A DNA stretch of 63,967 nucleotides, the filler included, from an uncultured bacterium (GTDB lineage Bacteria > CAYSBA01), in the NCBI GenBank assembly GCA_964429075.1. It is 4 parts of 4 records of this genome, joined end to end, with 100 filler letters (N's around TTAATTAATTAA, not from the genome) between each part and the next. Parts side by side here need not be neighbours in the genome. Positions count along the whole stretch, not along the records: positions 20,149 to 37,180 come from CAYSBA010000002.1; 3 more parts are not named here. One strand, written 5' to 3'. Shown in pieces: positions 20,151 to 28,710 of the stretch. The notes under the pieces are model-generated. The model did no database searches. It saw nothing but the letters and a program-made list of their open reading frames with translations, and was not told where the DNA came from. The position numbers and the translations under genes were made by a program. The first letter of the stretch is position 1. The number at the start of each line of letters is the position of its first letter.

Positions 20151-22022
20151 CTCGGAAGTTATGAGGCAAGGTTGTTTGATGTAAATACGAAGCTCTATGA
20201 ATGCAAAAAACCATATATGGTGGTTACTCCAACAAAGAACGTCGGATCAACAGGTCCAGAAGGAGGTCCCTTTAATCCATCTAATTTCAGCTATACAATT
20301 ACAAGCAAAGATGGATCAATAGATTGGAAAGTAGCAACAGATGTGGATTGGCTTGATGTCTCAGAAACTAGCGGGAGTTTGAGCAAAGATGAAAGCAAAG
20401 AGATAAACTTTACCATAAATTCAAATGCAAACAGCCTGAAGAAGGGAGTCTACACTGCAAAGATAGAGTTCACAAACAGCACAAACAACTCAGGAGATAC
20501 AGAGAGAGATGTTGTACTGGATGTTAGGGAAAAGAAGATGTATGTACTACCCGGGCCAGATCTATATCTGCTTGGAACAGATAAAGAGGGAGGTAGCTTT
20601 GCGAATGCAGGAAGTATTAATTTTACAATAGGCTCCGATATAGGGAGCATAGATTGGGAGGTAGATGTAGATAAGGATTGGGTAAAAGTAGACATGACTT
20701 CTGGTACAGTTGATGAGAACAACAATGCGACAGTACATATCAGTATAGATGGAACTAAAGCGAGTAAACTACCTGCAAAGACACAGAAGGCCACCATAAG
20801 TTTTAAGAACCTTACCAACGGAAAGGGAGATACAGAAAGGACTGTTTTTATACAACCTATGATGAATGTGGATCCTGTTAGCTGGAGTATAGATATGCCA
20901 GAGGGAGGACCGGTAGATAAAGAAGCGGATTTTACTATAAAGGCGATCAATGGAGATATAAACTGGAAGGTATCTACAGACACCGATTGGTTAACAATAG
21001 ATGGGGAAAAAGCCGGGAAAGTAAGCAGAGGGACAAATTATGTAGTTAAGGTAAAAATAAAACAGGATGCAGCATCTTCGCTCGATAAAGGGGTATATCA
21101 GGGGACTGTTAGATTTACTAATACCAACGGAGGCCAGTTAGACGATACAACAGATGTAGTTGTGGAGTTAAATGTTAAAGATCCCCTTGAGGTAATACCC
21201 GATACTATCACCTTCAGAGGGCCTGTAGGGGGCCCTTTTAATCCCTCAGGATCGGATGGCATATTCTATGTGACTGCCCCTTTTGAGGTAGAATTCAATG
21301 TAACTTCCGATGTAAACTGGCTCGACATCAATCAAGAGTCTACCACAGCAGGACCAAATGGAGATACAAAGGTTACCCTATCGATAAACGACAATGCCAC
21401 ATCTCTAACAGAGGGAGATTATACTGCTAATGTAACCTTTACAAAGATATCTGGTGTTCAGAAGGAGCTTACAAAAACAGTTACCTTAAGCGTAAGCAAC
21501 GCCTGCAATGCAGGACCTACAGAAATACCATTTGATAGCTGTGGCAACTCCTCATTAGATGGATGGATATCCTTCTATGATGATAGAGATCACGGTGGAG
21601 ATTGTGGCTTTTCCCAGAACTATTTAGGTCCCCTTTCATTTTATTTACAAAATTATAACGAGTTATTTGATGATAAATGCACAAATTTCTATTCAAGATA
21701 CTATGAAGTGGTTATGTATGTTGGTGATGGAGATGCAGGTTATAAGTGGAGGATAGAGAGCATAGACCCAGTTTATGACTGGCGGCCCAATTACTGGGAA
21801 GATCTAAATGTTGGTTACTTCTATTTTGATACTCCAACTCAGATAGTTGTAAAACAGATGGATGCAAATGGTACCCTCTTAGGGAAATACAAGGGGACTT
21901 TTATTGTTCATACAAATCATCCAGAAAATACAAAAAAAATTAACTGTCCAGAGCCAGGTGCAAGTACATGTACAGTCCCTTCAATCTCCATCGAGGTAAA
22001 GGACTGGAAAAAGATAGAATAA
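20151..22022 (+). CDS. BACON/Ig-like repeat surface protein, 5'-truncated
   Basis: Four repeats of about 105-110 aa with the pattern V(T/D)P...GGP..., W-x(5-6)-W(L/V)xV...SG, GxYxAxIxF, followed by a Cys/Tyr-rich C-terminal domain; frame open from the contig edge. Confidence 0.75.
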   Translation, partial: LGSYEARLFDVNTKLYECKKPYMVVTPTKNVGSTGPEGGPFNPSNFSYTITSKDGSIDWKVATDVDWLDVSETSGSLSKDESKEINFTINSNANSLKKGVYTAKIEFTNSTNNSGDTERDVVLDVREKKMYVLPGPDLYLLGTDKEGGSFANAGSINFTIGSDIGSIDWEVDVDKDWVKVDMTSGTVDENNNATVHISIDGTKASKLPAKTQKATISFKNLTNGKGDTERTVFIQPMMNVDPVSWSIDMPEGGPVDKEADFTIKAINGDINWKVSTDTDWLTIDGEKAGKVSRGTNYVVKVKIKQDAASSLDKGVYQGTVRFTNTNGGQLDDTTDVVVELNVKDPLEVIPDTITFRGPVGGPFNPSGSDGIFYVTAPFEVEFNVTSDVNWLDINQESTTAGPNGDTKVTLSINDNATSLTEGDYTANVTFTKISGVQKELTKTVTLSVSNACNAGPTEIPFDSCGNSSLDGWISFYDDRDHGGDCGFSQNYLGPLSFYLQNYNELFDDKCTNFYSRYYEVVMYVGDGDAGYKWRIESIDPVYDWRPNYWEDLNVGYFYFDTPTQIVVKQMDANGTLLGKYKGTFIVHTNHPENTKKINCPEPGASTCTVPSISIEVKDWKKIE

Positions 22023-22267
22023 ATGTTTTTTTCATTCTATCTATAACTATATGATAGATATACAAAAAAATGGGGGCGGATTCAATGATAGATCAAAAAT
22101 CCTCTTTGCCTTGTGGTAGATCTTCGTCCAGAATATTCTAACAACTAACATCCCGCTTTAACCCCCTGCTCTCACCCCTATCAATCTTCTAAAATCATTT
22201 CAACTCATTCTCTACTACTACTCATTATTGACTAAAAATAAAATTGTAGCTAAGTGACTTTTTAAGA

Positions 22268-22513
22268 ATGGAATCAAACAACCCGTCACATAGAGCACTT
22301 TGTTATCTTGTATTGATCTGCATAACTATAAACTCTTTTTGCAATAATCAAGAAAATTCAAGAGTGGACCAAAATGCATCATATAACGATTACTGGAAAG
22401 ATATACTTTCGGTGATTCTTGCATCTTGCTTTGAACCAGATACCAGGATCTTTCAGATAGATTCACAATATGCAGACATTACCGGAACCGACAGGAGTTC
22501 TCCTTTATTTTAA
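22268..22513 (+). CDS. Hypothetical small protein or gene remnant
   Basis: 81-codon ORF with a hydrophobic N-terminal stretch; no recognisable motif. Confidence 0.25.
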   Translation: MESNNPSHRALCYLVLICITINSFCNNQENSRVDQNASYNDYWKDILSVILASCFEPDTRIFQIDSQYADITGTDRSSPLF

Positions 22514-22533
22514 ATTTTGACCAAAGTGAGGGC

Positions 22534-22562
22534 TTGACAATTTGATATACTTCAATTAGGCT
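22534..22562 (+). promoter_or_regulatory. Putative sigma-70 promoter of dsbA-kce-nadD
   Basis: TTGACA-17 nt-TAGGCT. Confidence 0.55.
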
Positions 22563-22600
22563 GAAAAAACTTAAATATTATTGCAATGGAGGTAGTAAAA

Positions 22601-23458
22601 ATGAGAAAGAGGACCTTGGTGATCGCAGCTCTTTTAGCCATCTCAATGTTTGGTTGCAATGAGATGAAGTTAAAGGGGAACAAAGAGGCCATAAATACCA
22701 CCAAACGTGGAGCAGCAGCTCAAAAAAATCAACCACAGCCAAGACAGAAAGGTCCAGACATCTATAAGGTCCCTGTAGGGAACTCACCGCAGAAGGGTCC
22801 GAAGGATGCACTGGTGACAATAGTTGAGTTTTCAGATTTTCAGTGTCCATTCTGCAGGAGGGTAACCCAGACTCTTAAACAGATAGAGGAGACCTATGGG
22901 AACAAGGTAAGGCTTGTATACAAATTCAGGCCACTACCATTTCATAAGAATGCGATGCCAGCAGCCCTTGCAGCCTATGCAGCGATGAAGCAGGGTAAAT
23001 TTTGGGAGTATCACGACAAGCTATTTGCGAACCAGCAGCAGCTTACGAGGGAGAATTTTCTGAAGTGGGCGAAGGAGCTTGGAATGGATGTTAAGAGATT
23101 TGAGAAGGATATGGATTCACAGGCTGCAAAGGATTTCGTGAACAGAGACAATCAGCTTGCCATGAAGGTCGGTGCCAATGGTACACCTACATTTTTCATA
23201 AACGGGAAGAAGTTAATAGGTGCACAGCCCTTTGATAACTTCAAAAGAATGATCGATCAGGAGATAAAGAAGGCACAAGATCTTCTGAAAAAAGGAGTAA
23301 AAAGGGTAGAGATTTACAACAAGGTCCTTGAATTAAATGCAAAAAACACCAATACACAAAAGGTCGCACCAAGAGTGGGACCAAATATAAAGAACTTAAG
23401 GATTCAACCCAAGGTATTAAAGGCCCTGAAAGGCAAAGCAATAAAGGGTGGTAAGTAG
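22601..23458 (+). CDS. DsbA-family thiol-disulfide oxidoreductase lipoprotein
   Basis: Lipobox SMFGC; VEFSDFQCPFC; cis-Pro loop GTPTFFING; GAQP; GGAGG RBS before ATG 22601. Confidence 0.92.
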   Translation: MRKRTLVIAALLAISMFGCNEMKLKGNKEAINTTKRGAAAQKNQPQPRQKGPDIYKVPVGNSPQKGPKDALVTIVEFSDFQCPFCRRVTQTLKQIEETYGNKVRLVYKFRPLPFHKNAMPAALAAYAAMKQGKFWEYHDKLFANQQQLTRENFLKWAKELGMDVKRFEKDMDSQAAKDFVNRDNQLAMKVGANGTPTFFINGKKLIGAQPFDNFKRMIDQEIKKAQDLLKKGVKRVEIYNKVLELNAKNTNTQKVAPRVGPNIKNLRIQPKVLKALKGKAIKGGK

Positions 23459-23487
23459 GAAATTTATAATATGAGGATGTACCTTTT

Positions 23488-24318
23488 ATGGGTGATCCTC
23501 TAATTATTACTGCAGCTATAGTAGGGGCTGAGACCACACGGGATCAGACCCCTTTTTTACCAATTACGCCTTCAGAGATAGCTGAAGAGGCAAGGAGGTG
23601 TTTTGCAGAGGGGGCATCTATAATACATCTTCATGTAAGAAAAAAGGACGGGACTCCAACGCAGGACAAAGAGGTTTTTAAAAGCGCTATCACTGCAATC
23701 AAAGAGCAATGCCCTGATATAATTGTTCAAGTATCCACAGGTGGTGCGGTTGGGATGAGTTTTGAAGAGAGGAGTCAACCACTTCTTTTAAACCCTGAGA
23801 TGGCAACACTAACAACCGGTACCGTGAATTTTGGGGATGAGGTCTTTTTGAACCCACTTCCAATGATCAAAGATCTTGCAACAATGATGAAAAAAAGAGG
23901 AATAACACCTGAGGTGGAGATATTTGATTCTGGTATGATTGAGACAGCAAAATATCTGATAAAAAAGGGATTACTACCGGAGCATCCACACTTTGATTTT
24001 GTTATGGGTGTGCCAGGGGGCATAGGAGGTGATTTGGAGTGCCTCAAATTCTTAATCTCCCGTATTCCTAAAGGTTCAACCTTTTCTGTTGCAGGTGTTG
24101 GTAAGTATGAATTACCACTTGCCAAAGAGGCTATAAAGTTAAATGGGCATGTAAGGGTGGGTCTGGAAGATAATATTTACATAAAAAAGGGGGTCCTTGC
24201 TAAGGGAAGCTGGGAACTTGTACAAGAGGTGGCAAAGATGGCAAAGGATGAAAAAAGACTGCCTGCAACACCTGACGAGACAAGAGAGATACTCAAGATT
24301 GGAAGATGGGGTGATTAA
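23488..24318 (+). CDS. kce: 3-keto-5-aminohexanoate cleavage enzyme (BKACE family)
   Basis: LIITAAIVGAE, IIHLHVR, STGGAVGM, EMATLTTGTVNFG, GHVRVGLEDN. Confidence 0.9.
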   Translation: MGDPLIITAAIVGAETTRDQTPFLPITPSEIAEEARRCFAEGASIIHLHVRKKDGTPTQDKEVFKSAITAIKEQCPDIIVQVSTGGAVGMSFEERSQPLLLNPEMATLTTGTVNFGDEVFLNPLPMIKDLATMMKKRGITPEVEIFDSGMIETAKYLIKKGLLPEHPHFDFVMGVPGGIGGDLECLKFLISRIPKGSTFSVAGVGKYELPLAKEAIKLNGHVRVGLEDNIYIKKGVLAKGSWELVQEVAKMAKDEKRLPATPDETREILKIGRWGD

Positions 24319-24838
24319 AAGGATAGCGATTTTTGGTGGTAGCTTTGATCCTCCACATTTTGGGCATCTATCAGTTGTACTATACTTAAGACATTGTCTC
24401 GGTTTCACAAAGGTCCTTGTAGTACCGGTGTATGAACATCCCTTTTCAAAGACAAAAAGTAGCTTTATACATAGATTTAATATGGCAGAGGTTGCCTTTT
24501 CAACTATAGATGGGGTTGAGGTCTCAGACATTGAAAAGAATATTTCAGCTCCAAGCTATACCGTAAATACTGTAAAAGAGCTTATATCAAGCTCTAAGGA
24601 GGAAGAAAGATTCACACTTATACTTGGTACAGACATAATAAAGGAGTTACCAAAGTGGCATGACTTTGATACCATAACGAGTTTGGTTGATGTGATCTTT
24701 TTAGAGAGAGAGGGTCTGTTTCCGGATATATCGAGTACAATGATAAGAGAGGCAATAAAAGAAAAAAAAGAATTTCACCATCTTATTCCAGTTGAAGTTG
24801 CAAGATATATTGAAAAAAACAGGCTATATATAAGTTAA
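24311..24838 (+). CDS. nadD: Nicotinate-nucleotide adenylyltransferase
   Basis: IFGGSFDPPHFGH, SYTVNT, ILGTD, KWHD, ISSTMIR; GTG start overlapping the kce stop. Confidence 0.9.
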   Translation: MIKRIAIFGGSFDPPHFGHLSVVLYLRHCLGFTKVLVVPVYEHPFSKTKSSFIHRFNMAEVAFSTIDGVEVSDIEKNISAPSYTVNTVKELISSSKEEERFTLILGTDIIKELPKWHDFDTITSLVDVIFLEREGLFPDISSTMIREAIKEKKEFHHLIPVEVARYIEKNRLYIS

Positions 24839-24979
24839 ACTCAGGTTATACTGTAAATTATCATTTACATAGACAAAAAAATTTCACTATTTTATAAATA
24901 TTAATGTGGCTATAGTTCATTTGTTTTTTAGGCATAAAAATTGCTATTTTTACAACAGAACTTTTGGAGGGAGAAAATT

Positions 24980-27277
24980 ATGAAAGTGATTCGTTTACTT
25001 TTTGCCGCATTTGTTACATTGGGTATCCTTTATTTTACTGGTTGCAGGATAAAGGTAGACAACGGTTGTGTGAACGGACGATGTAGTCCGAACAATCAGT
25101 GTGTAGAGGCTAAAGATTGCGAAGGTCTAAATCTCAACCATGATGCATGTGATGGTTTCTGGACCTGTGATTCGGGTGCCTGCAATTGGCAATGCAGAGA
25201 AACACAAACCTGTGAGACAGACCAAGATTGTGCAAATTTACCAGCTGAAGACTATTGTGATGGAGCATGGAGCTGCGTTGATAATAGTTGCAAATGGGAG
25301 TGTCAAAAGGTTTGTGATGGACCTGATTGTGAGGATTTTTGTGGTGGTATAGCAGGGATTGAATGTCCAGAAGGTAAATATTGTCTCTATGATGGGAACT
25401 ATCCTGATGCAGGTGGTAGATGTGTTGATCTCGGTTACTGTGAGACCAAGGAAAATTGTGAGTCGCAGGACCTTGATCATCCGATGTGTGTTGGTGACTG
25501 GAGCTGTGAGAGTAATCAGTGTGTGTGGCACTGTGAGCAGCAGCCTGATTTTTATTCATGTAACTCCGATGATGAGTGTATAAAGGTGGATGCAGATTGT
25601 TGTTCCTGCAATTCAGGAGGTGGCGAGACTGCAATTAATTTTAGGTATGTGGATGAGTGGTATGCTCAGTTACAGGATACATGCAGGATGATGGGAAGAC
25701 CCTGTGAGATGGTTTATATGTGTACTGACCGAAAACCTATATGTTCCAGTGGCAAATGCACCCTGGAAGGACAGAGTCCCTGTCCTGAAATAATGCCTCC
25801 CGATCCTTCAGGTTGTGATGGCAAGTGGATTGGTGGTGGCGTTGACGAAAACGGTTGTCCTCTTCCTCCAAAGTGTGTCCCCATTGATTACTGTGAGACC
25901 GATGATGACTGTGATATCTTGGCAAATCAGGATTCAAGTGGATCTGTTTGTGTGGGTGATAATAATGTGTCCTATCCAACTCCATATATATGCATCAATA
26001 ACACCTGTACCCCCTCCTGTGACAACATCTATTGTACAGATGATACAGATTGTCTACCCGATCAATACTGTGATTTAATTTATGGAATGCAGATGGGTAT
26101 TTGCAAAAATATGGATTGTGTTTGTACAGAAGTATATGCACCGGTATGTGGAAGTGATGGGGTCACCTATTCAAACAGTTGTTATGCAGAGTGCGCTGGC
26201 GTCTCCATAGTTCATAATGGCGAGTGTGGTAGTGCCTGTCCTGATGTATACAGTCCTGTCTGTGGTAGCGATGGGATTACATATTCAAATCAGTGTTACG
26301 CAAGGATGAACGGTGCTGTTCCAATCTACAGTGGTGAATGTGTGACCTGTGATGTTGTTGGTCAGAGCTGTACAATCACTAATAACCAGTCTGGCAGTCA
26401 GAATGTATCAGAAGGATGGTGTGTCGGTATAGATTCATTTAGATGTCAAAGTAATGGATGTCTTACCGATAATGACTGTCAGCCAGATGATGTATGTGTG
26501 AATGGTACCTGTGTTGCCAGCAGTGCTAATGGTTGTACCTGCACCGATGTCTATGCACCTGTTTGTGGATCTGATGGTAGGACCTACTCAAACAGCTGTT
26601 TTGCAGCCTGTGCAGGGGTAGATGTTGTACATGAGGGAGAATGTGGGAACAGGTGCATACCTGGTGGAGTCTGTATCCCTAAGGGTATGTGTATAATACC
26701 TCAGGATTGTTATAATCAGGGGCTTTCCTCAATGATCGATTGTGAAGGTAGCTGGGCCTGTGAATCAAACACCTGTGTATGGTACTGTGGAAATAATACC
26801 GGATGTCAGGATACAGATGGTGATGGCTTTATTAGTGAACCTACCGATCCTAATTTGAGCTGTGGACCCGGCCCATACGATTGTAATGATTTTGATCCTC
26901 TTATTAATCCAGCTCAGGATGAAGTATGCGACGGTATAGACAACAACTGTAACGGAAGGGTTGATGAGACTGATACATGTCAACCAATGTGTCTTGCATT
27001 GATATGTGAATGTGGGTACAGTGCACCTGAACGTTGCGATGGAGTGGATAACGATTGTGATGGCCTTGTAGATGAAACATGTAAAGGTCAGACGAGCGGA
27101 TGCTTGGACAGCGATGGCGATGGATATGTATCAGAACCATCAGACAACTCGATGCTGTGTGGACCCGGTCCATACGATTGTAATGACACAGATAGCTCGA
27201 TTCATCCTAATGCTACAGAGCTCTGCGATAATATTGACAATGACTGTGATGGCATGGTTGATGAGGGATGTCAGTAG
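24980..27277 (+). CDS. Cys-rich lipoprotein with three Kazal domains and MopE-like putative metal-binding repeats
   Basis: GGAGG RBS; lipobox YFTGC; PVCGSDGxTYSNxC three times; DCND...NP...E.CD..DNxC.G.VDE motifs; about 101 Cys counted by hand. Confidence 0.85.
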   Translation: MKVIRLLFAAFVTLGILYFTGCRIKVDNGCVNGRCSPNNQCVEAKDCEGLNLNHDACDGFWTCDSGACNWQCRETQTCETDQDCANLPAEDYCDGAWSCVDNSCKWECQKVCDGPDCEDFCGGIAGIECPEGKYCLYDGNYPDAGGRCVDLGYCETKENCESQDLDHPMCVGDWSCESNQCVWHCEQQPDFYSCNSDDECIKVDADCCSCNSGGGETAINFRYVDEWYAQLQDTCRMMGRPCEMVYMCTDRKPICSSGKCTLEGQSPCPEIMPPDPSGCDGKWIGGGVDENGCPLPPKCVPIDYCETDDDCDILANQDSSGSVCVGDNNVSYPTPYICINNTCTPSCDNIYCTDDTDCLPDQYCDLIYGMQMGICKNMDCVCTEVYAPVCGSDGVTYSNSCYAECAGVSIVHNGECGSACPDVYSPVCGSDGITYSNQCYARMNGAVPIYSGECVTCDVVGQSCTITNNQSGSQNVSEGWCVGIDSFRCQSNGCLTDNDCQPDDVCVNGTCVASSANGCTCTDVYAPVCGSDGRTYSNSCFAACAGVDVVHEGECGNRCIPGGVCIPKGMCIIPQDCYNQGLSSMIDCEGSWACESNTCVWYCGNNTGCQDTDGDGFISEPTDPNLSCGPGPYDCNDFDPLINPAQDEVCDGIDNNCNGRVDETDTCQPMCLALICECGYSAPERCDGVDNDCDGLVDETCKGQTSGCLDSDGDGYVSEPSDNSMLCGPGPYDCNDTDSSIHPNATELCDNIDNDCDGMVDEGCQ

Positions 27278-27307
27278 ATAGATATTGTCCAGATCAGCTG
27301 CAATAAG

Positions 27308-27338
27308 AGGCCCAGACATTGTCTGGGCCTTTTTCTTT
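27308..27338 (+). terminator. Rho-independent terminator
   Basis: AGGCCCAGAC-ATT-GTCTGGGCCT hairpin followed by TTTTCTTT. Confidence 0.85.
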
Positions 27339-27373
27339 GATAAAAATATCTACTGTGGTATATTCATTAGTCT

Positions 27374-27985
27374 ATGTGGAAAATAATGGAAACAGGCGGT
27401 CCTTTAATGTATCCAATCCTTGCCTGTTCTTTAATAGGACTCTCAATATTTCTGGAACGTCTATGGAATCTCAGGCACAGCTTTGTTGTACCAAAAGAAC
27501 TTATAAAAAAGATTCGATCTCTTTTGACAGAAAGTAAGGTAGGAGAGGCCGCAGTACTTTTAGAACATGATGGTAGTATTTTTTCTGGCATACTTGCTCC
27601 CTACCTTAAGGAACTATCTAATGGAAACAGACCTGATATTTCATTAATAGAAGATGGCGCAAAGAGGATTTTTGATAAAGAAAGATGGAAGATAGAATTC
27701 CTTGGAACCCTTGCTTCAATTTCACCCCTTCTGGGCCTTCTGGGTACTGTATTCGGCATGATAGAGGTCTTTAAAAAGGTAACTCAAATGGGTGTAGGAG
27801 ATCCATCTGTCCTTGCAGAAGGTATATGGGAGGCCCTTTTGACAACTGCCTTCGGACTTTCAGTGGCAATTCCACTTTTTCTGTTTTACAGGCTTCTTCA
27901 GATAAGACTGAGAGGGGTTATTAATACTACAGAAGAAGAACTTGAATCTATCGTCTATCTTATACATAATAATAACAGAAAATGA
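27374..27985 (+). CDS. exbB: MotA/TolQ/ExbB proton channel protein
   Basis: GGPLMYPI, SPLLGLLGTVFGMI, LAEGIWEALLTTAFGL. Confidence 0.9.
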   Translation: MWKIMETGGPLMYPILACSLIGLSIFLERLWNLRHSFVVPKELIKKIRSLLTESKVGEAAVLLEHDGSIFSGILAPYLKELSNGNRPDISLIEDGAKRIFDKERWKIEFLGTLASISPLLGLLGTVFGMIEVFKKVTQMGVGDPSVLAEGIWEALLTTAFGLSVAIPLFLFYRLLQIRLRGVINTTEEELESIVYLIHNNNRK

Positions 27986-28398
27986 GATTCCAACAGGAAA
28001 AAGATCCCGATGAGGGTGTAAGTATTGAGCTTACCCCCCTTGTAGATATTATTTTTCTGCTTTTGATATTTTTTCTATTAACAACGACCTTTTCAAAGAG
28101 TGGTATCTTTAAAGTCGAACTTCCGGAGGCATCTGCATCTAAAAATAGTGCTGCCTATGATGTCTTTAAAATTATCATCACAGAAGATGGAGTGATCGTA
28201 GTTGATAATGAAGAGTATTCCCTCACAGAGTTAAAAGAAAAGATAAAAAAGGAGGGTATCATAGAATCCAAAAGGCCAGTGGTGGTCTTTGCAGATGAGG
28301 GTGCAAAACATGGTAGGGTCATTGAGGTGCTTGATATGTTGAAGTTTGATCTCGGGCTCAAAGATGTATCTGTTGCCACTAAGTTTAAAGGGAGGTAG
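27982..28398 (+). CDS. exbD: ExbD/TolR family protein
   Basis: LTPLVDIIFLLLIFF, VELP, FADE...HG. Confidence 0.9.
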   Translation: MRFQQEKDPDEGVSIELTPLVDIIFLLLIFFLLTTTFSKSGIFKVELPEASASKNSAAYDVFKIIITEDGVIVVDNEEYSLTELKEKIKKEGIIESKRPVVVFADEGAKHGRVIEVLDMLKFDLGLKDVSVATKFKGR

Positions 28399-28710
28399 GT
28401 GAATAACAAGATCTATACTTTTATTTTAGTTGTTCTTTTTATCTTCCTTTCCTATCTGTCTTACAATTCAAGACTTGGATTAAAGAAATATATGCAGCTC
28501 AAAAGGTTTTACAATGAGTTGTATGAAAAAAACATGCGACTGAAGGAGGATAATGAAAGACTGAAAGAAGAGGTTCAAAGACTGAAGAGTGACCTTAAAT
28601 ATATCAGATCTATTGCAAGAAAGAAGCTTGGTATGGTAAAAGCAGATGAGATTATACTTACAACCGAGAAGGTTAAAAAGAAGGATAACAAAGAAAAGGC
28701 CACTAAATGA
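28399..28710 (+). CDS. ftsB: Cell division protein FtsB/DivIC
   Basis: Single TM, coiled coil, IARKKLGMVKADE motif. Confidence 0.85.
   Translation: MNNKIYTFILVVLFIFLSYLSYNSRLGLKKYMQLKRFYNELYEKNMRLKEDNERLKEEVQRLKSDLKYIRSIARKKLGMVKADEIILTTEKVKKKDNKEKATK

Noticed and set aside
22023..22267. Pyrimidine-skewed non-coding stretch after the BACON gene
   Set aside because: No convincing ORF, RNA structure, repeat array or IS end found by eye.
24197..24310. N-terminal extension of nadD given in the ORF track
   Set aside because: It overlaps kce by more than 100 nt; homology starts at the GTG at 24311.
25134..25634. His-rich 166-aa minus-strand ORF and other ORFs overlapping the Cys-rich gene
   Set aside because: Shadow frames produced by the TGT/GAT-rich codons of the real plus-strand gene.
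26117..27272. Repeated nucleotide motifs as a possible CRISPR array or DGR template/variable repeat
   Set aside because: The repeats are in-frame protein modules with synonymous differences. There is no spacer periodicity, no adenine-specific variation, and no cas or reverse transcriptase gene.
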